Below are positions 27,593-42,670 of a stretch of DNA of 64,000 nucleotides, one piece after another. This stretch comes from Octopus sinensis (lineage: Eukaryota): the NCBI RefSeq assembly GCF_006345805.1, contig NC_043003.1:64790001-64854000 (forward strand). The letters are read 5' to 3'. Position 1 is the first letter of the stretch; the number at the start of each line of letters is the position of its first letter. Under the pieces are notes generated by a model. The model saw only the letters and a program-made list of their open reading frames with translations. It did not search any database and was not told the origin of the DNA. The translations under genes were made by a program, and so were the position numbers.

Positions 27593-28005
27593 CTTTAGAT
27601 AATGTAGTGCAGATACATGATGCTTCAGTAACAGATGGAATGTCATGGATGGAATCACCCCAGATCATAACCTTACTCGATCAGGGCTGACTAAGCGTTT
27701 CAGAAATACACACTCAAAAATTGAAGACGTATATATTATTTTATCCTTTACTTGTATCAATCTAAGATGGCGGCCATGCTGGGGCTCCACGTTGGCGAAT
27801 TTTTAGTCGAATGAATCGACAACAGTATCTATTTTGTACTAATTTTATCGGATACTTTTTGATGAACCGCTAAATTACGGGAGTCATAAGCATACCAAGA
27901 CCGGTTGTCAAGCGGTGGTAGCGGGCATACACACACACACACACATATACATACATATATATATGTATGTTTGCATGTATGTATGTATGTATGTATGTAC
28001 GTACG

Positions 28006-28057
<52 letters not shown>

Positions 28058-28545
28058 CACTAAAAACAGCTAGGTGCAACGCTATAGCGTAAAGAAGAAT
28101 TATAGTCGTCAACTAAACGTAACTAGGGGTATCAAGACACCTACATTGCTAGAAATAAGAGATAAAATGCTCCAATGATGTAAAGCACATGACATAAATT
28201 CTGATAGGGGCTGTAGTCACCCAAATCCACTCAGAAAGCTTTGGTCTGTACGAGGCTTTATAGTAGAAGATGCATGCCCAAGGTTCCACGCAGTGAGACT
28301 GAACCCGGAACCATGTGGTTGGGAAGCAAACTTCATACCACACACCCACACCTGCACCTATATGGGTTCAAATGTTTTTCAGTTTTATTTTTCTGGACTA
28401 ACACCGTGAATTGACAAAATTAAGATTTTTTGCTTTCCACTCTTATTAAGCAAAAGGTAATGAGACGTTGAGAGTGTTATTTGTTTCTAAAAATGATTAC
28501 GCCTAAGTTATAAATATAAACAAATTTACACTCATCACATATAAA

Positions 28546-29033
28546 TCTATATACATAAATGCGAAATGGTGTCTGTCTGTGTGTTTAGGATTTTAATGGT
28601 TTTTGGCATATAGGTAGATCACATGCCCTGAAGTTCAAATAAGGCCGGGAGTTTTCGAAAACACAATAATGCTAAGTTTGCATCGATTTTTGTGAGCTCA
28701 ATCGGGCGTTAGAATGGAAATTCCCATAGCGGTGTTACTTTTCTTGCAGCTTTTGCATTTTTACTTCAGCCTCACTTTGCTGCACCACTGAACACGTCGT
28801 CGTCGGCTGCAAAAGCTCCACCCCGTCAACAAAGCTCCGTCGACTGCTCTGACCATTTTTCCTCCGCCTGTCACACATCTACTCATCCTGAAACAGATAT
28901 AATCCCGAACCAGATATAACATCTTAATGGGTAATAGTTGGCACAAGGAACGTAGAAGATTTCAATACAAAGTCAGAGGTGGGGGCTTAACTTCATTACA
29001 GAAAACACGATCAACGCCGGCTCCAACAGCTTG
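28546..29033 (+). mobile_element. Probable non-autonomous Helitron
   Basis: A|TCTATATACATAAA start and degenerate cacgatcaacgccgg..cagcttg|T end, resembling the termini of the 37274-38230 Helitron. Confidence 0.5.
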
Positions 29034-30049
29034 TACATACATAAATACATACATTGATGCATATATATATATACATACATGCATACATACATTACATACA
29101 TCTATATTATAATGGAGAAAGCTGCTTATTAATTATGTATATAACAGTTACTAAAAGAAAGCAATTATCAAAGGCTTGACTGTCTGGAAATTTTTTGTAA
29201 ATTCATGTTCCAAGAAATTTCCTGTACTTTCGATTTCTGAAGTTTATTGAATATTTGAACTACAAGTTTTCACAAATTTACATATTCGTTGCATTCACTG
29301 CTGAGTAGATTTTATGCCTTAGCCTCGCCATCGCCCGTGCTAATGCTGAATACAACGATCGCCCCTGTCCAATTTATGTTACAGATTACAACTACGATAA
29401 ATTACTGAAAGAAATATTTACTAAGCAAGTGAGATTTTTTTTACAAATTGAAATTTTCTGGAAAATTTACTTTCTGAACTTCCTTTTTATTACTGAATGT
29501 TTCAAGTTCACAGATTTAAATATTCGGTACAAGATAGTTTTAACGTGCTTTTATTTATACGATTTTTTCATTTCATGTTTACTTCATTCATTGTTTGCAA
29601 TGTTCTCTACCCACACCCGCTCTTTTAGATACACAAAATGTTTCCATAATATAAACACACACACACACAACACACACACACACACACACACACTCCAGGT
29701 TTCACTAGCAGAAAAACCACCTTTCTTCAAGTACATTAAATGCAAATACATACATTTACACACACACACACACGTGTGTGTGTGTGTGTGTATGCGTATG
29801 TGCGTGTGTGTGTGTGTATGTGTGTGCGTGTGTGTGTTTAGATATAGAATAGTCACAGGGTTAAATAGAATCCAGGCACATCAACACGTAGGACGCCAGG
29901 ATTGGTTAGGTACCATAACACTGAGTTCATAGTAAGGTAAAACAACCATTTGGTGTCATTTGCTGATGGTATACTGCAGGTATATGTATACACATATATT
30001 TATAATTATATACTTAGATATTAATTTTACCGATATGGTGGTTATCATA

Positions 30050-30499
30050 CGCTTCTGACTCACGCGTGGTTTGAGATGCATCTGCTTCCACTACAGTTTC
30101 AAGTTACCATTTTCCACCTTGGTCTTAGGTCCGCCACGGGGCTGACTTTCAAGAGTAAAGCCATCAGACCAGAACTTTTCAAACCATCGGCGTACAATGC
30201 GCTCATTTGCCACATCTTCACCAAACACCTCATTGATGTTTCGAGCTGTCTGGGATGCATTGGTTCCACGACGGAACTCATATTCATAAGCAACACGAAT
30301 TTTTGATCTGTCAATGGGTTCACAAACATTGATTTACAAGAGAAGACTCACAATATAATCAGACATCATGAACTGCCTCGCAAAAAGTGGTGATGTAACT
30401 CTTCAATGTTGTAAAACAAATAATTGTCAGGATAAAACGTTAGAGTTAACGACTGTCAAACTGCATAAGAAAATCGCACATTTCATTTTTAATGACCTG

Positions 30500-30500
<1 letters not shown>
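30050..30500 (-). mobile_element. Mariner transposon 5' part (TIR plus HTH-coding fragment)
   Basis: Minus frame absent from the ORF track: KIRVAYEYEFRRGTNASQTARNINEVFGEDVANERIVRRWFEKF..LESQPRGGP. Confidence 0.85.
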
Positions 30501-30571
<71 letters not shown>

Positions 30572-30572
30572 C

Positions 30573-30622
<50 letters not shown>

Positions 30623-30623
<1 letters not shown>

Positions 30624-31887
30624 CGCATCCGTCATCAAGTACCGTCTGAACGTTGTGCCTTGTCCCGACCCGACCATCACCAAGCTGGAACGTATACTCT
30701 CTCGCTTCTTGTGGAAGGGAAGCGTTCCGATTTTTAGGTGATCCATTTGCTGTCAACACCCGCTAAATGAAGGGCGAGGCATACCTTGGTTGATGATGTG
30801 CAGACATGCGTTGAGACCGATGACGGTGAACAAGTGTGATCACCGTTTGTGTGGTGCGCTTTCCCGCAGCTCGTCTCTTGGTCGAACTGCAGTCGTGGTT
30901 CAATTACAGATTGAAGCTAGGCGAATGGCACCGCGAGTGTCGCGTTGCTCTTTAGCAACTCTGCCGTCCGGATCCAAACTTGTGTAACTTCATTACAACA
31001 AAGGCGTTCTATAGACGATTAGTTGATGGGAAGTGCATCGAGAGGAACACCTGACCCACCTGTTCAGGACAACTTTCGGGTCGGGACCTATGGACAATCA
31101 CCAAAGATCCCTGGCCTGGCAGTGCTTTCGAGAAGCATTACCTGTTCGAGATAAGCTCTACAGGTACGGTTCGAGACACACCGGACCGACTTGCTCGAAA
31201 TGCGACGAAACCATTCTGCACGCACTCATGCAGTGTCCAACAATTTCGGATCTGTGGGTTTATGCCGAACGGCTGCTGTCACGTGTGGGACGAGTCCGCC
31301 TGTCGGCCGTGTCTATCGTGAAAATTGCTCCGACACCTTCCCTCAACCGGGAAGGCAAGGCAGTTTTCATCGTACTGGTGGCCATGGTGAAAGAATTTGT
31401 GTGATGGACTCTAGCGAAAGGATTACAGACAAACACTTACCTCTCTGGCCAATCGCTCATCAACTTTTTCAAGTATCACTTGAAAATAAAGGTGAGAATG
31501 GAGAGGCAAGTTTTGACTCATGAAAGTTTCAAAAAAAGGTGGGTGAATGTAGCAAAGATGGTGCGTGCGAGGAACGCACTTTGAGCATGATCCTGTAAAT
31601 CATAAAGAGAGAGGGAGAGCACTTTATTCTCATGTGTTTACTCCCTCCCTGCCTAAGGTTACCGTGGTCTTTTCTAATCTAAACCTAATCTTGCTTCTTA
31701 CATTTTTAAAATTCTTCTGTGATACACGATCCCTTTTGATCGCCTTTTCTTTTCCCGACCCGTTTTGATCGGAATTTTACTTTTCTCTCTCTCTTTTCCC
31801 TTTTTCTTTTTTATTTTCGAAAAGAAAAGCTCTACATTTGTATTTCTCCCCTCTGTTTTCAGCCCGGTGTGGCCAATAAAGAAAGTC

Positions 31888-31888
<1 letters not shown>
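30623..31888 (+). mobile_element. 5'-truncated L1/Tx1-like LINE (end of ORF2 with zinc finger, 3' UTR) inside (TATC)n
   Basis: LSRFLWKG..CCQHPL..G.GIPWL; AWQCFREALPVRDKL..CSKCDETILHALMQC..LW; FFKYHLK..RWVNVAKM. (TATC)n at 30501-30622 and 31889-31980. Confidence 0.85.
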
Positions 31889-31973
<85 letters not shown>

Positions 31974-32004
31974 ATCTATCTATTTGTCTATATATATATT
32001 TATG

Positions 32005-32069
<65 letters not shown>

Positions 32070-32132
32070 GCGTGTGTGTGTGTGTGTGCATGTGTGTGTG
32101 TATGTGCGTGTCGTGTTTATACGTATATACAC

Positions 32133-32293
32133 AGGCGCAAGAAGGCTGTATGGTAAAAAGCTTGCTTCCTAACCATACGGTTGGGAGTTCAGTCCCACTG
32201 TGTGGCAAATTGGCAAATATTTTCTACTATAACCTCGAGCCGACCAAAGCCTTGTAAGTGAATTTAGTAGACGGAAATTGAAAGAAGCTCGTC

Positions 32294-32351
<58 letters not shown>

Positions 32352-32568
32352 TTATTTATTATTTGTGTGTCTGTGTTTGTCCCCACCACCATCGCTTGGC
32401 ACTCGATGTCGGTGTGTTTATGACCCCGTTAAATGGTGGTTCGGCAAAATAAACCGATAGAATAAGTACTAGGCTTACAAAGAATAAGTCCTGGGGTCGA
32501 TTGTTTGGACTAAAATCGGTGCTCCAGCATGGCCGCCGTGTCAAATGACTGAAACAAATAAAAGAATG
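32133..32568 (+). mobile_element. SINE family A, full-length
   Basis: aggcgcaagaaggctgtatgg head, (TA)n, tail gactgaaacaaataaaagaat. Confidence 0.88.
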
Positions 32569-32736
32569 CATATATACTAAGAGAGAGAGAGTTTGGAAAG
32601 AAAAAGTCGAAACGTGCCTCCTTTGAAAGTGATATCTGAATTAAATTATTTATGACTGTATGGGACGTGCCTCGAGAGCCAATATTCTAGAAAAGCTCAC
32701 CTCCTCACGAAAGTATATAAATTCTTATGCCCCCAC

Positions 32737-32868
<132 letters not shown>

Positions 32869-33418
32869 CATCACAATCGCTGCATAATTAAAATTGCTTG
32901 AGTGCAATAATGTGATTTAGTAGAATCTACAGTGGTCAAACTAGCTCAAGGTAACAGGATAGGAGGTGTCAAGAATTACTAACAATACACATTGTAGGAT
33001 TAGATTAAAACGAGGACCTATGTATGTGAAATGAATTGGCATCAACCACGAATTGAACCTGCGTCCTGATATTCGCATTATCGGATATATATTTTTTGCT
33101 CTACAGCTCTTGGCAATTTAATCTGGGAAAAGTTTTAAAACCGAAACTGTAAACAATGCCTAAGAAGGAATATATTAACGGGAATAAATATTTTTAAAAA
33201 TGCTATTTAAAATATTTTTTATTGGTGAAATGAAAATTTGATATTGAGATGGATCATTAAGAGATATGAAAAGAAAAATGTGAGTCAAAATGGTTTTGAT
33301 AGAAATATTTCAAGTCTTGCTTACTGAACTTTAGTTTCAAATTTCAACTATATTTTAATGTTTACACACACACACACACAAAACACAGACGCACAGATAC
33401 ACACACACACACAAACAT

Positions 33419-33522
<104 letters not shown>

Positions 33523-33560
33523 CTATATATTATATATGTTTATATATATATGTATAATAT

Positions 33561-33656
<96 letters not shown>

Positions 33657-33671
33657 TGTGTGTGTATATAG

Positions 33672-34050
33672 GAGGCGGCGAGCTGGCAGACACGTTAGCA
33701 CGCCGGGCGAAATGCTTAGCAGTATTTCGTCTGCCGCTACGTTCTGAGGTCAAATTCCGCCGAAATCCACTTCGCCTTTCATCCTTTCGGGGTCGATAAA
33801 TTAAGTACCAGTAACGCACTGGGGTCGATGTAATCGACTTAATCCGTTTGTCTGTCCTTGTTTGTCCCCTCTGTGTTTAGCCCCTTGTGGGCAATAAAGA
33901 AATAGGTATTTCGTCTGCCGTTACATTCTGAGTCCAAATTCCGCCGAGGTCGACTTTGCCTTTCATCCATTCAGAGTCGATAAATTAAGTACCAGTTGCA
34001 TATTGGGGTTGATCTAATCAACTGGCCCCTTCCGCCAAAATTTCGGGCAT
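33672..34050 (+). mobile_element. SINE B (tail type 2) fused to a head-less second monomer
   Basis: Junction aaagaaatag|gtatttcgtctgcc at about 33905. Confidence 0.85.
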
Positions 34051-34159
34051 ACGATATGTATGCGTATGTGTGTGTGTGTGTGTGTGTGTGTGTTGTGTGT
34101 GTGTGGTGTGTGTGTGAATGTATGTATATATATACATTCATATTTATATATGTATGTAT

Positions 34160-34201
<42 letters not shown>

Positions 34202-34845
34202 ATATATATATACCCATCCTTCTTTAGCCGCCTTAATTTCTGTTTAGATTATGGGAATATATTTGTTTTATCAAGCTTAAATTACAAACCAAAGGAATTT
34301 AAAAAAAAGAAAAAGAACGAAAGGAGGAAGAAATACTCAACGAAAGAAAAGTGATCCTAAAGTTATATAAAAAAAAGTAGTGAAAATAAAACAAAGGCAA
34401 ATAAAAAAAAAGAGGCAACAACAAAAAATATGGTAGCAAAATCCCTATTTTTAGTGAAAATTGAAATACACCAGATTTACACCGGATTGTTTCGAGTATG
34501 AAAAAAAAAACGGTTTACATAAAACTAGGGTAAATCTGAAAAGTTCAGAAGATACAGCTTATATGTAAAGCAGTGATGAATCACACACACACGAACGCAT
34601 ACATCAGCACATGTACGACGAGATAGAGAAGGAGACAGAGAGAATGTGAAAGAGAGTGAGCGAATAAGACAGAGAGAAGATGGAGCGAGAGAGAGAGAGA
34701 GGGGGGAAACTGGAGGGAGAGAGATAGGGAGCGAGAGAGATTTGACTTTTAGCATATACTAAATGTTGTGAGGTAAACGTTGCTTAACTCAGACTTGTTG
34801 ATAGGGAAAAAAAATTCAGTGAAGAGAAGTTTTGTGTTAAGTGAG

Positions 34846-34883
<38 letters not shown>

Positions 34884-35297
34884 GGGATGGTTAGTATGGG
34901 AGTAGAACAGGATAGGGAGTGGGGAATGCAGAAAGTGATGACAAGAGAAAAAAAAAAGAAAAGAAAGACGATGTGAAAGAAGAAGAAAATGAGTCTAATA
35001 ACAAAAGTCTAAACAAATAATTATTAGGTACTTGGCTACGGATATGTTACTATAGGATATGGAATGTTATATATGTATATATATTAAATCTAATGCTTAC
35101 AGCTTAGTTTTTCTTGGGGCTGGCCGAGTTAAATATCAGAATACAGCCGAAATTTGCTATATGATCGGTGTCTGATGAAGATTGAAGGCTTCGAATGATT
35201 TGTCTGTGTTCCGTGTCGTCCCTTGTATTTCACGTTCATATATATTAAAAACATTCATTCTTATATATATTATATATGTGTGTGTGTGTGTGTGTAT

Positions 35298-35598
35298 TCT
35301 TTGTAAGCCTAGTACTTATTCTATCGGTCTTTTGCCGAACCGCTAAGTTACGTGGACGTAAACACGCCAACATCGGTTATCAAATGATGGTAGAGGGGAA
35401 CAATCACAGACACACAAATACACACACACAAATATACGATGGGCTTCTTTCAGTTTCCGTCTACCAAATCCACTCACAAGCCTTTGGTTGGCCCGAGGCT
35501 ATAATAGAAGACTCTTGCCCAAGGTGCCACGCAGTGGGACTGAACTCGGAACCATATGGCTGGTAAGCAAGCTACTTACCACATAGCCATTCCTGCGT
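35298..35598 (-). mobile_element. SINE family A
   Basis: Family similarity. Confidence 0.85.
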
Positions 35599-35599
35599 C

Positions 35600-35641
<42 letters not shown>

Positions 35642-35691
35642 ACGTGTGTACCGTTGGCGATTTTTTTTTCCTCTGTCTTCCCTTCTTCTAT

Positions 35692-35726
35692 GTTTCCGAC
35701 GAAGAGCTCCGCTCGAAACGTTAAAC
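35692..35726 (+). ncRNA. Minimal hammerhead-like motif in a ~200-bp element (35640-35838) between (TA)n tracts
   Basis: gttt CCGACGA a gagc tcc gctc GAAAC GUU aaac (U4 to C). Confidence 0.62.
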
Positions 35727-35849
35727 CCTCCTTCTTCTCTTCCTTCCTGAGCGTCCAATAATACTTTATTTGTTCCACGTCCTCACGTCCTCGCGTTGTT
35801 GTGTTTTCTCTTTGTGTTTTCATGTTTGGATTAACTTTATATATATATA

Positions 35850-35909
<60 letters not shown>

Positions 35910-36009
35910 GTGTGTGTGGGTGAACAAGGTATATATCGGAAATGCTTTATCCCACATAGAATCTGCCGGTGCTTGATTGTACTGCAAACTCTTCTTCCGA
36001 ATACATCGC

Positions 36010-36360
36010 CTGCGGAAGAGCTCCACGTGTGGGTACTTCTCAAATATAGCCTGATAGGTTGATACGCGGGGAGATCAAAGCTGGCACTCCGATCTACGGA
36101 ACATCCTGTTTGTGAAATTAGCATACTAGTGGTTGAGTACTCCATAGACATGCGTATCTTTAACGTAGTTCTCACGGAGATTCAGTTTAGTACAGGATGT
36201 GTCCTTTGCATAACAAATACAATTCATTTTCGCCATCTGAGTGGATTGTCGCAATGTGAAATAAAGTGTCTTGCTTAAGGATACAAATCGCCCTGGTAAC
36301 CGACCTCACGACTTTACAATCGAGAGTCGAATACTCCAGCCACAACGAAACGCTCCTTCA
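36010..36360 (-). mobile_element. Old SINE with family C tail
   Basis: Diverged match to 27284-27592. Confidence 0.65.
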
Positions 36361-36815
36361 CATGTAGAGAGATAAGAAGATAGAGAGATACAGCTGATAT
36401 AGTTAGTTTAAAAAATAAATATAAAGACGTGATATTGCATTGAGGATGCTTGTAAAGGCAAGAACACAGCATACAATGGATAGACATCTAGAAGTATTGC
36501 AGAGAGAATAAATGCGCACTTGAAGCAATGTGATGATTAAAAACAGTCTATCGTACTCTACCAACATGCCAACATGCCAACATGGAGGTACACTGGGCCG
36601 ACTTGACATTCGCATTTTATCCAAGCACCCGAAGGACCCATCACTCAGATAAAAACAGGAGTACGTCCTCATAAATAAAATGTCCCCCGTGCTAAATAAG
36701 AATTACACGCAGAATTATTTTGATCTGCTTTACCTCTGGATATCCTTGTTGCTTATTTTGGTCAGAATCAGCCCATTTTGAATTATATGGAAAAGTTAAC
36801 TTTTCCTCTCACACC

Positions 36816-36870
36816 GTCTCCGATGAAGGGATATTATTATCAATTAATATTCTAGAAACAGCTGTAAGAT
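36816..36870 (+). ncRNA. Type I hammerhead motif (element about 36680-36945)
   Basis: gtct CCGAUGA a gggatatt..aatattct a GAAAC agct GUA agat. Confidence 0.65.
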
Positions 36871-37080
36871 CTTCTATCTATAAATGCTCTAATATCTATA
36901 CAGCATTGGTTTTTTTTATCACATTACACAAAAAATTCATATATACACACGCTGACATAGAACCAACGTTGAACCCTTTATTCGCATTATTACCGAATCC
37001 GGAACTTAACTATGGTCTGTCTATAGCACTTATTCAGCATTACCCGACACCTCTGGGTCTCAATGATACCATTATCTCTT

Positions 37081-37113
<33 letters not shown>

Positions 37114-37273
37114 CACATATATAAACGTATATATATATATATATTCAGGAAGAAAATGGATGTAAATAACAAGGAGAAACTCGTCGTTTTCGCTGGTATG
37201 TCGTTAATTTAATTAATTAACAAAGAAGAAGGTAGCATTTACGATCAATTCAATTTACTAGTTTTAGTAAATA

Positions 37274-38230
37274 CCAGCAGCATAGCCCGGCGTTGCCCGG
37301 GTATGTAAGAGCCCCTAGTAGGCAACGACTAATCCCAATCTTGTCCTTTCCCTCTAGGGAACGAAGGCGCATGTGTAGGTTGCAATGTCTTCTCTTCACT
37401 CGAATACTTCTGTGTATACGATGTTCCTAGCTGTCCCTTTGGGCGAAAACATTAAAACATCATTGCGCCTCCCAACGCGTGAACAGCCCACGTAGAGTTG
37501 ACCGTGGGCGAAGCACTGTTCGCCCAACTGTAACCCAGCGGCTTGTAGCGTTTGGCCTTGGGATTTATTGATGGACATTGCGAAGCAGAGTTTAACAGGA
37601 AACTGAAAACGCCTGAAGTGGATTGGTAGGTCAGCGCCCGACGGTTGAAGGTGCATGCGTGGAATGAAGACGTCCTCTCCCTTCTCACAACGGGTAAGAA
37701 TTGTGGCCGTTATTAAATGTGGTGGCAAATGTTTCACAACCAGACGTGTGCCGTTGCACTGTTTAGGTGGAACCAAATTCCTGATGAGCATAATGGGCGC
37801 GCCGACTTTTAACTTCAGGATGTGTGGCGGCAGGCCTGGCGGTTCAAGTGAATTCAGGAATTCATCAGGATAATCGGCAAGCGGCGGGGTCTGCTGTCCT
37901 ATCAATAGATTGTAGACGTGGACATCACCAGGAATAGCTTCAAGTAGCTGGATATTGATGGAGTTGAGAGTTAAAAAGGTCGAGTTGCGTCCCCTAGACA
38001 GTCTGTGGTTTGTGCTTCTGATTCTCGACCCCATGTCGAATTTATCGATTTTTTCAGAACTGGGGGAACTTTTTTAAAATTTTCGCTGTGTTAGTTTTGA
38101 ATTATGACATTGGGCTATGTGTGTGTCAAGCTTCATCAGAATCGGTTGAAAGCCGTGGTCAGGGTGAGGGTACAACCTGACAGACACACAGACACACAGA
38201 CAGACAAACTGCCGTTTATATAGAGATAGA
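37274..38230 (-). mobile_element. Internally deleted Helitron with both termini
   Basis: 5' TCTATCTCTATATAAA; 3' hairpin cccgggcaacgccggg then CTGG; inserted between A and T with no TSD. Confidence 0.88.
37396..38034 (-). pseudogene. Helitron PIF1-like helicase C-terminal fragment (open frame)
   Basis: GLPPHILKLKVGAPIMLIRNL..CNGTRL..VFIPRM..RRFQFPVKLCFAMSINKSQGQTL..FAHGQLYVGCSRV. The first ~20 codons are probably non-homologous. Confidence 0.92.
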
Positions 38231-39186
38231 TCTTCAGAATGCGAAAAATAGATTGATACATCGGTCAGAATGCAAAAATAATTGATACATAGTTAATGGT
38301 AATTGAACCAAAATTTGTGAGTCTTATATTGTATTTTGTTCTTAAGTTGGTTATTTCGCTACCGAACTACCTGCCACCGTACAACTTTACAAAATACTGT
38401 ACCTACTCAGGTAATAACCAGGAGCGCCTTTGGATTTAATTATCCCTTAGAGGTATTAAACTCCTCTAACTGATACCTACACTATATATATATGTATGTG
38501 TATGTGTGTTTGCGTGTCTGTGTTCGTCTCTCCACCATCGCTTGACAATCGATGTTGATGTGTTTACGTCTCCGTAACTTAGTGGTTCGGCAAAAAGACC
38601 GATAGAATAAGAACTAGGCTCACAAAGAATTAATTCCTGGGGTCAATTTGTTGGACTAAAGGCTGTGCTCCAGCATGGCCGCAGACTGAAACAAGTAAAT
38701 GAATACAAGAATAAAAAAATATAACCAGGAACACACACACACGTGCACTCAGACACGCGCGCGCGCGCGTGCAGACAAACCCCCGCGCGCACAAACAAAT
38801 GTGTTATAAAGTAAAGATATATAGCAAAGGTCTCCATTTAGCCGCGTATCCCGAATAGCTTGATTGTCGTTAAAGGTTCTTTTAAATGCTAATGTTCACT
38901 CCATTATATTAAACAGATGGTGACAGAGCTACTGGTTAACGAAGTTCTTGGTGATGGGGGTATTGACGGTCGTAGCGTTGCTGTTGTTATTGTTGTTGGT
39001 GGTGGTGGGAGGAGTGGTGACAAAGAGGCTATAATAGTGTTTTTGGAGGTTGCAGTGGTAATGATGGCGTCAGTTGGAGATCAAGGCGATCGTATGTATG
39101 TCTTGCGCCACAATAAATTAACGACGCGTCAAGGAGTGAGTGTTTTTTGATGCTATAGATTAGCATTAGATATGCGCAAGGATGTT

Positions 39187-39230
<44 letters not shown>

Positions 39231-39404
39231 TGTGTGTGTATGTATGGTTATCTGTGCTCAGGTATGGCCGCAGTTCAGTGACAAAATCCACCAATAAATG
39301 CACACAAAAGACCCCCGCACACACATATCTATCTACCTATATACTTAATTATCTCTCTGTCTCTGTCTGTTTGTCTCTCCCCACCTCTCTCTCTATATGT
39401 ATAT

Positions 39405-39972
<568 letters not shown>

Positions 39973-40259
39973 CATCTATTACATCATGATAAAAATAAGC
40001 CCCGCTTTCTTCAAGTGAATTAAAAATGTAAAACTTGGTTAAGAAAAAATACCAAGATACGGAATTTGTGCTGACTTTCTCATTTTGGCGACAAATGAAA
40101 GCATTCCACACCTTGTAATTTAAAACGGAATTTAAAGTAAATGGGTTTTTTTAGCTTTTCGTAATGTAATCACTTTATTCATCAATCAAAAATGTGTCTG
40201 AAACAGCTGTAGTAAACCTTAACCCATCTCTGCTCTTCATATAAATATATATCTTATAT

Positions 40260-40321
<62 letters not shown>

Positions 40322-40582
40322 ATATATATGATATATATATATATATGTATGTATATATATATGAATGTATGTATGTACGTATGTATGTATGTATGTGTGT
40401 ATGCATGTACTAGCTGTGTGATAAGAAGCTTGTTTCCCAACCACATGGCTCCGGATTCAATCACACTGCGTGGCACCTTTGGCAAGTGTATTCTACTCGG
40501 GTCGACCAAAGCCCTGTGAAGGGATTTGGCAGACAGAAACTGAAAGAAGCCCATCGTTATAATATATATATATATATATATA

Positions 40583-40820
40583 TTGGAATGTTTGGAGGTG
40601 GTGTACAGGTGTTATATATTAGAAAAAATAAGGTGCTCAGAGATCTGGATGGTTGTACATTTACAAATTTTTATTAATACGCCACATGTTTTATAAATCA
40701 TATATAAGAGCTTGCGTCTACTCTAGTAGATTCTTCTACTAGAGTTGATGTGGCATATTGATAGAAATCTGTAAATGTACAAGCATCCAGATCTCTGAGT
40801 ACCTTATATTTACTAATATA
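40583..40820. mobile_element. Diverged fold-back element in (TA)n (arms about 40615-40688 and 40748-40820)
   Basis: ctcagagatctggatg..tgtacatttaca versus tgtaaatgtaca..catccagatctctgag. Confidence 0.65.
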
Positions 40821-40829
40821 TATATTATA

Positions 40830-40867
<38 letters not shown>

Positions 40868-41163
40868 CATACATACATACATACATACATACATACATAC
40901 ATACATACATACATACATACAACATACATACATACATACATACATACATACATACATACATTTAACAAAAGTCGGGATGCATGGAATCCAGTTACTGAAT
41001 AAATGAAAAACGTTTTAAATATTACAAAACGTATACAGGACTGTCACAGGACCCTAATTCTTCATCAGTTATCGACCAAAAATACTAATACTCAGTTTCG
41101 GTCCTTTAACGATAATAACGATAAGATATGTAAATAAGATATATACATAAGTATATATATATA

Positions 41164-41229
<66 letters not shown>

Positions 41230-42329
41230 TTATGTATATATATATATATGTATGTTGTATGTATCTATATATATATATACATGCAGTACCTTAGAGTAAT
41301 TTTAAGTTTCTCTGTAGAAGAAGAGCCATAAGCGACAGTTGTTTACAAATAACCTTGCGTTTTGAATTTAGTTTAATTACACACTGTGTCGCCTAAATAT
41401 TTAGATTTGATTGTCAGACACATTATTATTTATGGCCGTAAGATGTCATAGTTCTTATACGTCACGTATTAAACATGTTAACGCAATCGTAATTAACATC
41501 GCTGAAGTTCGCGTTAGTGTCCTGAAGACTATGGCAAACATATACCACTTATGTACTTATGTATGTGTGTGTGTTGTTACGAGATGTTTTATAAGCTTAA
41601 AACTGCGAAGGAAGATTATTCTGCTACACAGTCATGTTATTTCAGATTTTAGTATTTAAAATTAATTTACAAACACTTCATTCGGAATATCACCAAAAAT
41701 ATTACAGCCTCCTGTTTTATATCACTTGATATAAAACCGACTGTCCATTGTTTTAGTTTCTGAATTCGAGTTTATTTTTGGCCAATTTATATACTTGAAT
41801 CGAAAGTATGTCACAACATTTGTTAATTTTCTTTCATAATTTCATTACAAAGTTACCATAAGGATTTATCCAGAAAATGAGATCTCGAAATACAGAATTT
41901 GCCCCTGGTGGTCAGTTATAGCAGGGGAGACAATCTAGAAGGGGTGGCAGAATTGGAAGTACGAATTTTAAATCAAAGATTCAAGAATGTGCACAAAACA
42001 TTTCATATTTCTTTTTTTATATTTCCGATACAATTACAAAGATCTTACAATTAAATTCTTCTTTTACTTTTATTTGTTTCAGTCATTTGACTGTGGCCAT
42101 GCTCGAGCACCGCCAAGACTCATTCTTCGTAAGCCTAGTCCTTATTCTATCGGTCTCTCTTGCCGAACCGCTAGGTTACGGGGACGTAAACACACTGACA
42201 TCGATTGTCAAGCGATATTAAGAGGACAAACACACACACACACAAACACACACACCACACACACACACAGACACACAGACACATACACACATACACACAT
42301 ATAAATTTTACCAATAAATAATTTCCTAA

Positions 42330-42670
42330 AAGACAGAAACTTCCTAAGGTTTCCCGTGGAAACCTCACAACGCAAATGGAGGCCCTGACCACTAGGGCAA
42401 ATGCCATCTCCATATCGTCTAATGGCGCATGCTTAGAGTTCACTCGGACCATTTTTGCCACATTCACCCACCTTTCAATGAAAGCGTTAGGAGGCAGTAC
42501 TTCCATCTCTATCCTCATCTTTCTTTCCAAATGAAACTTAAAGTCCTCCAGAACAGACCAGCCAATGGGATTCACGTCAGTGCCCAGAGTTACCCCGAGA
42601 ACATCATCGCCTTTACCCGCTGCTATCCCTCTACAGAACTTCTACCGACCACCTTGTCCGACTGGAGTGT
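42330..42670 (-). mobile_element. L1/Tx1-like LINE ORF2 end fragment
   Basis: FKFHLERKMRIE.EVL...F.ERWVNVAKMVRVN, homologous to about 31460-31570. Confidence 0.75.

Noticed and set aside
37396-38034. Host PIF1 helicase gene
   Set aside because: Intronless fragment enclosed by Helitron termini.
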